Source: Hyalangium minutum (GTDB lineage Bacteria; Myxococcota; Myxococcia; Myxococcales; Myxococcaceae). Taken from it: a DNA stretch of 64,000 nucleotides. The stretch is from the NCBI RefSeq assembly GCF_000737315.1, contig NZ_JMCB01000001.1, positions 372,001 to 436,000 on the forward strand, read 5' to 3'. Numbering within the stretch: the first letter of the stretch is position 1; each line of letters opens with the position of its first letter. Below, in pieces: positions 29,771 through 39,044 of the stretch. The position numbers were made by a program, and so were the translations under genes. The notes below the pieces were generated by a model, which worked only from the letters and a program-made list of their open reading frames with translations, did no database searches and was not told the origin of the DNA.

Positions 29771-31969
29771 TTACGTCGTCAGCAGCTTGTCCAGCGTGAG
29801 GGGCAGCGTCCGGAGGCGCTTGCCCGTCGCGTGGTAGACGGCGTTGGCGATGGCGGGGGCCACACCGGTGATGCCGATCTCGCCGATGCCCTTGATGCCG
29901 AGCTCGTTCACGTACGGATCGTTCTCGGGCACGAAGATGACATCAATGTCGGGCACATCCGGGTTCACCGGCACGTGGTAGTCCGCCAGATCCTTGGTGA
30001 CGAAGTGGCCGGTCCGCTCATCCACCACGGACTCCTCCATCAGCGCCATGCCGAGCCCCATGATGATGCCGCCCTGGAGCTGGCTCCGGGCAGTCTTCTC
30101 GTTCAGCACGCGGCCCACGCCGAAGGCGCCGACGAAGCGGCTGACGCGGACCTGTCCGAGATCCGGATCCACCCGCACCTCGGCGAACTGCGCCCCGAAG
30201 GCGTGCATCGCATACTTCTTCATCTCGTCCCCGGGCTGAGCGTCCGCCTGGGCGTCGATCGATGGGAGCTTCTGGCGCTTCATCAGGGCAGCAAAACTCT
30301 CCTTCTTCGAGCCCGCGATGAGATCGCCGTTCTCCACCTTCACCTGCTTGGGGTCGGCGCCCTTCAGCGGGGAGCCCGCGTCAGCCACGGCCGTGGCGAT
30401 GATCTTGTCCCGCAGCGCCGCCGCCACGCGCTTCACGGCCGGGGCCACGGTGGCCGACGTCCAGGAGCCTCCCGAGACCGGCGCCTCAGGCATCTGAGTG
30501 TCGCCGAGATCGAAGCGCACCTTCTGCACGGGGAGCCCCAGTTCGTCCGCCGCGACCTGCGACATCACCGTATAGGTGCCGGTGCCAATGTCTTGCGTGC
30601 CGACAGCGACCGCCACGGTGCCATCGGGCAGCAGCGACGCCTTGGCGGCACCTTTCTGGCGCATCGTTGGATAGGTGGCGGTCGCCATGCCCCAACCGAT
30701 CAGGGTGCGCCCATCCTTCATGGAGCCCGGCATGGGGTTGCGCTTGGACCAGCCGAACTTCTCGGCCCCCGCCCGGTAGCACTCCTTGAGCGACTTGCTG
30801 CTCCAGGGGCGTCCAGACTCGGGATCCGTGTCCGCGTGGTTCACGATCCGCAGCTGCACCGGATCCATGTTGAGCTTGTAGGCCAGCTCGTCCAGGGCGG
30901 ACTCGAGCGCGAACATGCCGGGGGACTCACCTGGCGCACGCATGAACGTCGGCGTGGGCATCGTCGTCCTCACCAGCCGGTGCGACGTGATGATCTGCTC
31001 GCTGGCGTACATCATGCGCGACGTGAAGCCCGCGGGCTCGGTGAACTCGTCGAACGTGGAGGTCGAGGTCAGCGTCTCGTGGCGCACGAGAAGCAGCTTG
31101 CCGTCCTTGCGGGCCTTGAGCTGCACGCGCTGCTCCGTCTCCGGCCGGTAGCCCACGCCCGCGAACATCTGGTCGCGGCGGAGCACCAGCTTCACCGGCT
31201 TGCTCACGGCCTTGGCCGCCATGGCCGCGAGGATCGTGTGTCCCCACCCGGAGCCCTTGCCGCCGAAGCCTCCGCCCACGAACTTGGCGATGCAGCGCAC
31301 GTTCTCCGGCGGCAAACCGAACAGCTGCGCCAGACGCGAGCGCACCCCGAAGACGCCTTGGGTGGCATCATAGACCGTGAGGCGCTCGCCCTCCCACACG
31401 GCGGTCGTCGCGTGCGGCTCCATGGGGTTGTGGTGCTCGAACGGAGTGCCGTACATGGCGTCCACCTCCGCAGCCGGCGTCTCCGCCGAGGCCTTGCCGT
31501 GCTCGGTGTCCGGCGGCCGGAAGATGATGTGCTTGGGTGCGTAGGCTTGGGCCTTCTGGGCCTTCAGCCCCAGCTTCGGCTTCTCCGCCTGGTACTGCAC
31601 CTTCACCAGCGCGGCGGCATGGGTGGCCCGCTCGAAGGTGTCCGCTACCACCACGGCCACGGGCTGGCCCTGGTAGTCCACCCGCCGGTTCTGCAGCAGG
31701 TGGACCATGGGCTCCAGCGGGCTCTGGCGCTTCGCGGGATCGCCCGCGAGCTTAGGAGGTTTCTCGGGTGACAGCACCGCGAGCACCCCCGGCGCCTTCT
31801 CCGCCGCCGAGGCGTCCACCTTCGTGATGGTTCCACTGGGGATGGTGCTGCCCACGATGACGGCGTAGACCAGTCCCTCTTGAGGGAACTCGGCGGCGTA
31901 CTTCGCCGCGCCTGTCACCTTGAGCCGTCCATCCACCCGGTTCAGCGGCTTTCCGACTGACTTGTCCAT
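29771..31969 (-). CDS. paoC: Aldehyde oxidoreductase/xanthine dehydrogenase molybdopterin subunit
   Basis: RVDGRLKVTGAAKYA, HHNPMEPH, VGGGFGGKG, FMRAPGE, KGIGEIG. Confidence 0.85.
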   Translation of the reverse strand: MDKSVGKPLNRVDGRLKVTGAAKYAAEFPQEGLVYAVIVGSTIPSGTITKVDASAAEKAPGVLAVLSPEKPPKLAGDPAKRQSPLEPMVHLLQNRRVDYQGQPVAVVVADTFERATHAAALVKVQYQAEKPKLGLKAQKAQAYAPKHIIFRPPDTEHGKASAETPAAEVDAMYGTPFEHHNPMEPHATTAVWEGERLTVYDATQGVFGVRSRLAQLFGLPPENVRCIAKFVGGGFGGKGSGWGHTILAAMAAKAVSKPVKLVLRRDQMFAGVGYRPETEQRVQLKARKDGKLLLVRHETLTSTSTFDEFTEPAGFTSRMMYASEQIITSHRLVRTTMPTPTFMRAPGESPGMFALESALDELAYKLNMDPVQLRIVNHADTDPESGRPWSSKSLKECYRAGAEKFGWSKRNPMPGSMKDGRTLIGWGMATATYPTMRQKGAAKASLLPDGTVAVAVGTQDIGTGTYTVMSQVAADELGLPVQKVRFDLGDTQMPEAPVSGGSWTSATVAPAVKRVAAALRDKIIATAVADAGSPLKGADPKQVKVENGDLIAGSKKESFAALMKRQKLPSIDAQADAQPGDEMKKYAMHAFGAQFAEVRVDPDLGQVRVSRFVGAFGVGRVLNEKTARSQLQGGIIMGLGMALMEESVVDERTGHFVTKDLADYHVPVNPDVPDIDVIFVPENDPYVNELGIKGIGEIGITGVAPAIANAVYHATGKRLRTLPLTLDKLLTT

Positions 31970-31986
31970 GGTGAGCTCCGCTCCGT

Positions 31987-32973
31987 TCAGGCGAGTCCAG
32001 CAGCTTGAGACAGCGCACGGATCAGGGTCCGCCGCGCGAGTTCGACCTTGAAGCCGTTGTGCTTCTGCGGCTTCGCTCCCTTCAGCGCCGCGGCGGCGGC
32101 CGCCTTGAAGCGCACCTCGTCCGCGGGCTGGCCGATGAGGGCCTTCTCGGCCTCGGGCGAGCGCCAGGGCTTGGTGCCCACGCCGCCCAGCGCCACGCGT
32201 GCGCTCTTCACGGTCTTGCCCTCCAGTTCGAGCGCCACCGCCGCCGAGGTCAGCGCGAACGCGTACGAGGCCCGGTCGCGCACCTTCAGGTAGTGGGAGT
32301 TCGCCGCGAAGCCAGAGGCGGGCAGCGTCACGTGGGTGATGAGCTCGCCCGGCTGCAGCACCGTCTCACGCTCGGGGTGCGCCCCCGGCACGAGGTGGAA
32401 GTCCCCGAAGGCAATCTTTCGATCGCCCTTGGGCCCCGTCACGTGCACGGTGGCATCCAGGACAGCGAGCGCCACGTTCATGTCCGAGGGGTTCGTGGCG
32501 ATGCACTTGTCGCTGGTGCCCAGCACCGCGTGCATGCGGTTGAAGCCCTGCAGCGCCGCGCAGCCAGAGCCGGGCTCGCGCTTGTTACAAGGCTGGGAGA
32601 CGTCCCGGAAGTACGAACAGCGCGTCTTCTGAAGGATGTTGCCGCCCACGGTGGCCAGGTTGCGCAGCTGCGGCGAGGCGCCCGCGAGCAGGGCCTCGGA
32701 GAGCACGGGGTAGCGCTGGCGCACGAGCGGGTGGTTCGCGAGATCGCTGTTGCGGACCAACGCGCCAATGCGCAGCCCTCCGTCCGCCTCCTCGATCTGA
32801 GAGAGTGGCAGGGCGTTGATGTCCACGAGCAGGGCCGGGTTCTGCACGTGGATCTTCATGAGGTCCACGAGGTTGGTGCCTCCGCCAATGGGCACCGCGT
32901 CCGTGGGGCGGGAGCCCAGCTTCTCGAGGGCTCCCTTCATGTCCTGAGCGGCGACGTAGTCGATGGGGCGCAT
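31987..32973 (-). CDS. paoB: Aldehyde oxidoreductase FAD subunit
   Basis: GGGTNLVDLMK, GASPQLRNLATVGGN, 4-Cys 4Fe-4S insert (C..CNKR..GSGC..C), KVRDRASYAFAL. Confidence 0.88.
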   Translation of the reverse strand: MRPIDYVAAQDMKGALEKLGSRPTDAVPIGGGTNLVDLMKIHVQNPALLVDINALPLSQIEEADGGLRIGALVRNSDLANHPLVRQRYPVLSEALLAGASPQLRNLATVGGNILQKTRCSYFRDVSQPCNKREPGSGCAALQGFNRMHAVLGTSDKCIATNPSDMNVALAVLDATVHVTGPKGDRKIAFGDFHLVPGAHPERETVLQPGELITHVTLPASGFAANSHYLKVRDRASYAFALTSAAVALELEGKTVKSARVALGGVGTKPWRSPEAEKALIGQPADEVRFKAAAAAALKGAKPQKHNGFKVELARRTLIRALSQAAGLA

Positions 32974-32982
32974 GGTGGCTCC

Positions 32983-33654
32983 TCAGGCCTTCTTCCCGCG
33001 GCCGTCGCGAACGGCAGCCACGATGTGAGGGTAGGCTCCGCAGCGGCAGATGTTCCCGCACATGCCCTCGCGGATGTCCGCGTCGGTCTGTCCCCAGTTC
33101 TCCTGGGAGAAGCCCACCGCGCTCATGATCTGTCCAGGGGTGCAGTAGCCGCACTGAAAGGCGTCGTGCTCGATAAAGGACTCCTGCATGGGGTGCAGGG
33201 TGTCGCCCTGGGCGAGCCCCTCGATGGTGGTGATGCGCTTGCCCTGCTGCATCACGGCGAGCATGAGGCAGGCGTTCACGCGGCGGTCATCCACCAGGAC
33301 AGTGCACGCGCCGCACTGGCCCATGTCGCAGCCCTTCTTCGAGCCGGTGAGTTCAAGCCGCTCGCGGAGCGCGTCGAGCAGCGTCACGCGTGGCTCGACC
33401 TGGAGCGTGTGCTCCTTGCCGTTCACATTGAGCTTGATGTTCACGGCGGGCACAGCGGGCCCGTCGAGGTTGGCAGGCTTGGGGCTCGCCGCCTCGGCGG
33501 TGTCGGGCACCGTGAGCAGGCCGGTGGAGAGCAGCGCGCCCCCCACCACCGCCGTGCCGACGAACTCGCGCCGGGTTGCCTTTCCATCGTCGAAGACGGT
33601 CAGCGCGTCGCTCGACGTACTGTCGTCAGGGGGAAGCAGCTTCGGATCGGACAT
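32983..33654 (-). CDS. paoA: Aldehyde oxidoreductase 2Fe-2S subunit with Tat signal
   Basis: TRREFV twin-arginine motif, GCDMGQCGACT, QCGYCTPGQ, GNICRCG. Confidence 0.88.
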   Translation of the reverse strand: MSDPKLLPPDDSTSSDALTVFDDGKATRREFVGTAVVGGALLSTGLLTVPDTAEAASPKPANLDGPAVPAVNIKLNVNGKEHTLQVEPRVTLLDALRERLELTGSKKGCDMGQCGACTVLVDDRRVNACLMLAVMQQGKRITTIEGLAQGDTLHPMQESFIEHDAFQCGYCTPGQIMSAVGFSQENWGQTDADIREGMCGNICRCGAYPHIVAAVRDGRGKKA

Positions 33655-33859
33655 GCGGGCGAACCCTCCAGAGCTCCACACTCAACCTGTCTGAAAGGAC
33701 TATTCCACCTTCCACACCGAAGGGCACCTCCGTCGTACTGCCCACGGCCGAAGCGAGTGTCCACTGCGTGGCAACTGCGTCACGACAGGCCCACTTCGAC
33801 CTGCGGCTCCCCGAACCGGTCCAGTTGTTGGACAGGTTCAGGGAGCGCGCGGAGGGGAC

Positions 33860-36157
33860 CTATCCGCAGGTGAACGACCAGCGGCAGTTGTTGGACACGC
33901 ACTCGCGGTCGGACGCGCACGCCGCGCCACGGGACTTCTTGTTCTGGCACTTGCCTGAGTTCGTGCCCCAGCCGCAGTACTGGTTCGAGGCGCAGTGCGA
34001 GTCGCTCTGGCACAGGCACGAGCCCGTGGGGTTGATGTAGCAGTCCGCGCTGCACCGATCCGTGGTGCACTCCCGGTCTGCCTTGCACGCCTGTCCATAC
34101 GCCTTCGAGCGCGGCGTGTAGCACCACCCCGTCAGGGTCGCGCAGCCACCACAGGCTCCAGACTGGCACTGCCCATCCCGGCTGCACGAGACCCAGTTCG
34201 CCTTCTTCGCCACGCAGTCGTTGTCACCCGGCCCCGGCAGCTCCTCCTGGCAGTAGCTCGCGCTGCCGCAGTCGCCGTCGTCGTTGCACACGCACCGGCC
34301 GTCGAACGTGGAGCACAGCACCGAGGTGCACTGGTCACTCTGGCACTCGGCGTCGAAGCGGCACCCCTGCCCCAGCACCTTCGAGTCCGGCGCGTACGCC
34401 ATGCCGCACACCGTGGGGAACTGGGCCTCGCGCGTCTCCTTGGAGACGTAGGGTGCGACGCCCGAGGTGTCGATGTCGCTCGCCGCATCCGCCATGCCCG
34501 TGCGAGCCGCCGTCGCGCGCTCCCACATGCGGATGAACGTCTCCGCCGAGTTCTCCAGCCCCGTGGTGTTCACGCCCAGGTTCTTCAAGTCCCTCAGCAG
34601 ATCCGGCAGCAGGCCGATGTGCGCCAGGCCGTTCTCGTCGAACTCCGTGCCCAGGCGGCCCGGCCCGGAGAGCGTCTGCTGGTAGGCCTGCACATCCGCC
34701 TCGGCCTGGAACGTCGCCGAGCACGCCCCGTTCGGGCCAAAGCGCGGCCGCGTCTGCTGGATGAAGCCGTTCAGGTCGGCGCCGAACGCCATGGGCACCT
34801 TCAGTCCCTGGCGGCCGAACTCGTACGCCTGCGCCAGGGAGCGCGTGGAGCCGTGGCAGTTGTTGGCCACCGCCGTCTTCGTGTACGTGCGGACCTCGTC
34901 GTGCGCCGTGCGCAGACCGAACATGCCGCCCGTCTGCCGCAGGTAGCGCACCACCCACGACGGCGTGGACTTCTCCTGCTCGGCCACCTTCGGGTTCATC
35001 ACCTCGCGGAAGTGCCCGTGGGAGATCATCAGCGGGTAGTACGTGTTGGTCTGTGCCAGCGCGAACGTGTCCTGCACGGAGCGCTCGGACATGTGCGCCA
35101 TGTCCACCAGCATCCCCTTGCTCATCATCGCCTGGACCATGGCCTTGCCCTCGGGCGTCAGGCCCTTCACGTTGCGGCAGGCCGAGTCCACGTCAAAGCC
35201 CAGCGTGAACGAGCCCGTCGTCACACCGCAGTCCGTGTCGATGTGGCAGTTCTCCAGGAACTCGGCCGCCTGGAAGATGGCGTTGTGCGGCGCCGCGCCC
35301 GCGAAGCGGTTGTCCAGCTGGTGCACGGGCTGCAGCGAGCGAACGCCCAGGCTGTAGAAGCGGTCCAGCTCCGTCCGCCAGTCCTTGCTGCCGAACAGCT
35401 TGCTCGTCTCGATGGAGAGCACCATGGCCAGCTTGCCCGAGGCGATGATCTGCCGCGCATGCGCCGGCGACAGGGCGATCTCCACCCAATCCGTGCGAGC
35501 GTCGAAGTCACGGGCCATCTGCAGCTGCACCTCGATGTCCGCCATCTCGTCGCAGGGCCGCTTCAGGTTCTGGTACGGCAGCGCGTTGCAGAGAAAGCCG
35601 TTGCTCACCAGGGAGACCATCACCAGCGACAGGCCGCCATCCTTGGCCTTGCGCAGCCAGCCCTCCCACGCCTGCTGGTGGGCGATGGTGTCCCAGCGCG
35701 GCCACTGCGTGGGCACATCCCGCCGGCCCAGGTGCAGACCCGTGTCGCCCTGCGTGCCCTCCATCTTCGCGATGAACTCCGAGCCCACTGCACCACCAAC
35801 GCCGAAGAGCGCCGCCAGCAGCGGGTTGGCTCTCAAGTCCACGCCGCCCGAGTTCGGGCACAGGTTCAGCAGGTTGCTCAGGTCCATGCGCACCCGGGCG
35901 TGGCTGCTCTCCGGCATGCCGCCGTCACAGCGGTTCAGCGTCCCGGTGTAGCTGCCGTGGAACCAGCCTCCACCGAAGGCCTGCTCGGCGAACATGTGGT
36001 GGTGCAGCTCCGCGAAGCCCGGGACGCCCAGGCCCTGCTGAACCTTGGCGGGCTCGACGGGCACCTCTTCTTCGGTGGGACCACAGCCTTGGAGGACGGC
36101 GAGCGTGAGCCCAAGGCTCAGCAAGCCAGAGCGGCTGACTCGGGGAAGTCTCTGCAT
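33860..36157 (-). CDS. Membrane dipeptidase (M19)-like lipoprotein with C-terminal Cys-rich repeats
   Basis: Lipobox LQGC; LHHH, LSIE, DMAHMS, SHG, GADLNG, GLAHIGLLPD; repeated G..C..D..C.S..C. Confidence 0.75.
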   Translation of the reverse strand: MQRLPRVSRSGLLSLGLTLAVLQGCGPTEEEVPVEPAKVQQGLGVPGFAELHHHMFAEQAFGGGWFHGSYTGTLNRCDGGMPESSHARVRMDLSNLLNLCPNSGGVDLRANPLLAALFGVGGAVGSEFIAKMEGTQGDTGLHLGRRDVPTQWPRWDTIAHQQAWEGWLRKAKDGGLSLVMVSLVSNGFLCNALPYQNLKRPCDEMADIEVQLQMARDFDARTDWVEIALSPAHARQIIASGKLAMVLSIETSKLFGSKDWRTELDRFYSLGVRSLQPVHQLDNRFAGAAPHNAIFQAAEFLENCHIDTDCGVTTGSFTLGFDVDSACRNVKGLTPEGKAMVQAMMSKGMLVDMAHMSERSVQDTFALAQTNTYYPLMISHGHFREVMNPKVAEQEKSTPSWVVRYLRQTGGMFGLRTAHDEVRTYTKTAVANNCHGSTRSLAQAYEFGRQGLKVPMAFGADLNGFIQQTRPRFGPNGACSATFQAEADVQAYQQTLSGPGRLGTEFDENGLAHIGLLPDLLRDLKNLGVNTTGLENSAETFIRMWERATAARTGMADAASDIDTSGVAPYVSKETREAQFPTVCGMAYAPDSKVLGQGCRFDAECQSDQCTSVLCSTFDGRCVCNDDGDCGSASYCQEELPGPGDNDCVAKKANWVSCSRDGQCQSGACGGCATLTGWCYTPRSKAYGQACKADRECTTDRCSADCYINPTGSCLCQSDSHCASNQYCGWGTNSGKCQNKKSRGAACASDRECVSNNCRWSFTCG

Positions 36158-36240
36158 ACAGGGACTCCTGTTTTGACTGGGAGTGAAGGGTTCCTCTTAC
36201 CCTTTCCCTCCCCCCTTCGCGCAAGCCCCCTGGTCAGGTC

Positions 36241-37305
36241 TCAGCCCGAAACAGGCTCGAAGGGTCCTCTCAAGCCCGAGCGGAAGAGGGCCAGGCTGAT
36301 CAGCGTGGGGATCGCGGAGAAGATGATCAGCCCCACCTTGGCGCCCGTCGTGAGGGGCTCGCCCGAGCTGTCGGGCATGAAGAGGACGGCAGCCACGCCC
36401 AGCCACCAGAGGCCGCAGAACGAGAGCCCGATCCCGCCGAACCCCAGCTTGAGCCACGACCCGAAGGTGCGCACGGGGGGACCGTGCCGGACAGCGCGCC
36501 GGGGAAGCTCCGGCTCGCGCACGGCCTCGGTGCCCTCGCCCCCCGCCATCAGCGCTCCCAGAGACGTCACCAGGACCGGCTGCTCCGTGGGAACCGGGGC
36601 CGTCAGCAGGGCCCCCGCGAAGACGGCCTGCCCGGCCAGCACCTGCTCGGACTGCAACTGCTTGTAGAGCTTGCGCCCCCAGCGGACCTCGATGAACAGC
36701 ACCACGAGCGCCAACACCGCGAATCCAGAGCCCGTGAAGAGGAAGGCGTCATAAGCACCGTGAAGGAGGATGGCCGAGCCCAGGCCCATCCACATCAAAG
36801 CGGAGCGCTGCCCTCCCTCGGCGAACCGCGCCCGGCCCAGGAAGGCGCCCATCACCACGCCCGCGAAGGCGTGACACGGCACGGCCGTGACCGCGCGCAG
36901 CACCGCCGTCTCCAGTCCGCCCGACCCCACGTAGAGGATGTTCTCCAGCGTCGCGAAGCCAAGCGAGGCGGTGGCGCCGTACACCACGCCATCCAGCGGC
37001 TCGTCGAAGTGGGACTTGCGCCACACGTACCAGCGCAGCACGAGGAACTTGAAGAACTCCTCCGGAATGGCCGCGCCGAGGAACGCCTTCACCAGCGCAT
37101 CGCTCCACATGTCGCCGGTGAAGCCCTGCCCCATGCTCTCGAGCGCCATCGCCACGGGCACCACGGGGACGCAGATGAACGCGCCCCACAGGAATGTCCT
37201 GATGAGCAGCCCACGGGGCTCGGGGTTCTTGTCCCTCGCGTAGACGTACCAGAGCAGCAACAGCGACGGGACGACCGCGGAGCCCCCCAACATGAGCACG
37301 GACAT
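36241..37305 (-). CDS. prsW: PrsW-family intramembrane metalloprotease
   Basis: D..PEP, PEEFFK, FDEPLDG..YG, GFATLEN, HAF, LHGAYD. Confidence 0.85.
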   Translation of the reverse strand: MSVLMLGGSAVVPSLLLLWYVYARDKNPEPRGLLIRTFLWGAFICVPVVPVAMALESMGQGFTGDMWSDALVKAFLGAAIPEEFFKFLVLRWYVWRKSHFDEPLDGVVYGATASLGFATLENILYVGSGGLETAVLRAVTAVPCHAFAGVVMGAFLGRARFAEGGQRSALMWMGLGSAILLHGAYDAFLFTGSGFAVLALVVLFIEVRWGRKLYKQLQSEQVLAGQAVFAGALLTAPVPTEQPVLVTSLGALMAGGEGTEAVREPELPRRAVRHGPPVRTFGSWLKLGFGGIGLSFCGLWWLGVAAVLFMPDSSGEPLTTGAKVGLIIFSAIPTLISLALFRSGLRGPFEPVSG

Positions 37306-37392
37306 GCGCCCACGGTAGCAGCACTCCCAGGCCGCGCCCTCCGCGGAGGTAGAACCCTCTTACGCCTGAGCTCTCCTCGGACACCGGCCTGG

Positions 37393-37438
37393 CCTGTCCG
37401 CTATAGCGGACAGGTTGACTCCATCTGCTATAGCGGAT
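37393..37438. promoter_or_regulatory. Tandem palindromic operator-like boxes flanking a TTGACT -35 element
   Basis: Perfect 22-bp CCTGTCCGCTATAGCGGACAGG (37393-37414); TTGACT (37415-37420); near-perfect ATCTGCTATAGCGGAT (37423-37438); weak -10 candidate TAGATA 17 bp after the -35. Confidence 0.6.
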
Positions 37439-37453
37439 AGATAGTTGAACATA

Positions 37454-37531
37454 ATGACATCCCCCGCTCCCCACTCGTGCTGTACGGGACGCGCCCCTCT
37501 CCACGCGCGTTGTTGCCAGCGATCTCGCTGA
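37454..37531 (+). CDS. Candidate cys-operon leader peptide MTSPAPHSCCTGRAPLHARCCQRSR
   Basis: 25-codon ORF with TGC-TGT and TGT-TGC pairs, upstream of cysH and followed by attenuator-like helices. No SD, so probably (near-)leaderless. Confidence 0.7.
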   Translation: MTSPAPHSCCTGRAPLHARCCQRSR

Positions 37532-37576
37532 TCGCAGCCGCCGGAGGTGTGACGCGTTTCGTGAGTGGTGTGTCAT

Positions 37577-37618
37577 ACGGCCCGCCCTCTTCACGAGGGC
37601 CGGGCCGTTTCTTTTTTC
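37577..37618 (+). terminator. Intrinsic terminator in the cys leader (attenuator)
   Basis: ACGGCCCGCCCTC-TTCAC-GAGGG(C)CGGGCCGT followed by TTCTTTTTTC, 16 nt before the cysH ATG. Confidence 0.8.
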
Positions 37619-37634
37619 TGTCTGGAGTCCCCCC

Positions 37635-38375
37635 ATGTCGCTGGCTCAGCCCCTCTCCGCGCAGCTCTCCCAGGCAGAGCTCGCCGCCGCTGCCGTGGAG
37701 CTGAAGACGGCCCCCGCTGAGCAGGTCCTCGCCTGGGCCGAACGCCGGTTCGGCTCCAGCGCAGCCATCGCGTCCAGCTTCGGCGCGGAGGATGTGGTCC
37801 TCATCGATCTGGCGCGCCAGCACGCGCCCAGCCTGCGCCTGTTCACGCTCGACACCGGCCGGCTGCCTCCGGAGACGTACGAGCTGATCGAGACGCTGCG
37901 CAAACGCTACGGGCTGGAGGTAGAGACCTTCTTCCCCCAGCGCGAGCGCGTGGAGACACTGGTGTCCACCCAGGGGTACTTCTCCTTTCGCCAGAGCCTG
38001 GAGGCTCGCAAGGCGTGTTGTGGCATCCGCAAGGTGGAGCCCCTGAAGCGCGCGCTCACGGGCCGGCAAGCGTGGGTGACGGGGATGCGCCGCGAGCAGT
38101 CCGTCACCCGCACCGGCGTGGAGACCGTGGAGTTCGACGCGGACCACGGCGGCCTGGCCAAGCTCAACCCGCTGGCGTCCTGGAGCGCGAAGCAGATCTG
38201 GTCGTACATCCAGGAGAACGGCGTCCCGTACAACGCGCTCCATGATCGCGGCTACCCGTCCATCGGCTGCGCGCCCTGCACGCGCGCGGTAAAGCCCTAC
38301 GAGGACGAGCGCGCCGGGCGCTGGTGGTGGGAGTCCGCAGACAAGAAGGAATGCGGGCTGCACGTGCGCGGCTGA
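37635..38375 (+). CDS. cysH: APS reductase (CysH, 4Fe-4S type)
   Basis: SSFG, DTG, CCGIRKVEPL, WVTGMRREQS, GYPSIGCAPCT, ECGLH. Confidence 0.93.
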   Translation: MSLAQPLSAQLSQAELAAAAVELKTAPAEQVLAWAERRFGSSAAIASSFGAEDVVLIDLARQHAPSLRLFTLDTGRLPPETYELIETLRKRYGLEVETFFPQRERVETLVSTQGYFSFRQSLEARKACCGIRKVEPLKRALTGRQAWVTGMRREQSVTRTGVETVEFDADHGGLAKLNPLASWSAKQIWSYIQENGVPYNALHDRGYPSIGCAPCTRAVKPYEDERAGRWWWESADKKECGLHVRG

Positions 38376-38393
38376 GCTCCCCGAGAACGGATC

Positions 38394-39044
38394 ATGGCCT
38401 CGCCCAGCACAGCTTTCGATTACCCGGTCTGCCTCCGGCTGCACGGCAAGCGCGTTCTCCTCATTGGCGCCGGAAACATCGCCGAGGGCCGTGCGCTCCA
38501 GCTCATCGAGACCGGCGCGCGGGTGAGAATGATCGCACCCCAGGCCACCGCCACGCTGAGGCGCCTCGCCGAGCAGGGACAATTGGAGCTGCTGGAGCGC
38601 CCTTATGCCCAGGGCGACCTGTCCGGGCATGCGCTGGTGTTCGTCGCCACGGATGATCGGCGGGTGAGCGAGGCGGTCGCGGAGGAGGCGCGAGCGCTCG
38701 GCATCTGGCTGAACGCGGCGGACGAGCCCGACCTGTGCGACTTCACGATTCCCTCCATTGGCCGCCGGGGCGCCATCACCGTTGCGGTCTCCACCCAGGG
38801 ACAGTCGCCCGCGCTGGCGCGGCACCTGCGGCAGAAGCTGACCGAGCAGATCTCGCTCCACCATGTGCAGCTCGCCCGCCTCAGCGGGTGGCTCCGGGAG
38901 CGGCTGCCCCGAGGACCTCGGCGCAGCCGGCTGCTGCGGCTGCTGGTGGAGGAAGACATTCGCGGACTGCTGGCCAAGGGCCAGCGCCGGGAGGCGTGGG
39001 CCCGGCTCCGCGCCGAGTTGGAAGCACTGGGAGAGACAACATGA
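38394..39044 (+). CDS. Precorrin-2 dehydrogenase/ferrochelatase (CysG N-terminal half)
   Basis: YPVCL.L.GKRVL.IGAG, LNAADEPDLCDF..P, AVST.G.SP.LAR. Confidence 0.85.
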   Translation: MASPSTAFDYPVCLRLHGKRVLLIGAGNIAEGRALQLIETGARVRMIAPQATATLRRLAEQGQLELLERPYAQGDLSGHALVFVATDDRRVSEAVAEEARALGIWLNAADEPDLCDFTIPSIGRRGAITVAVSTQGQSPALARHLRQKLTEQISLHHVQLARLSGWLRERLPRGPRRSRLLRLLVEEDIRGLLAKGQRREAWARLRAELEALGETT

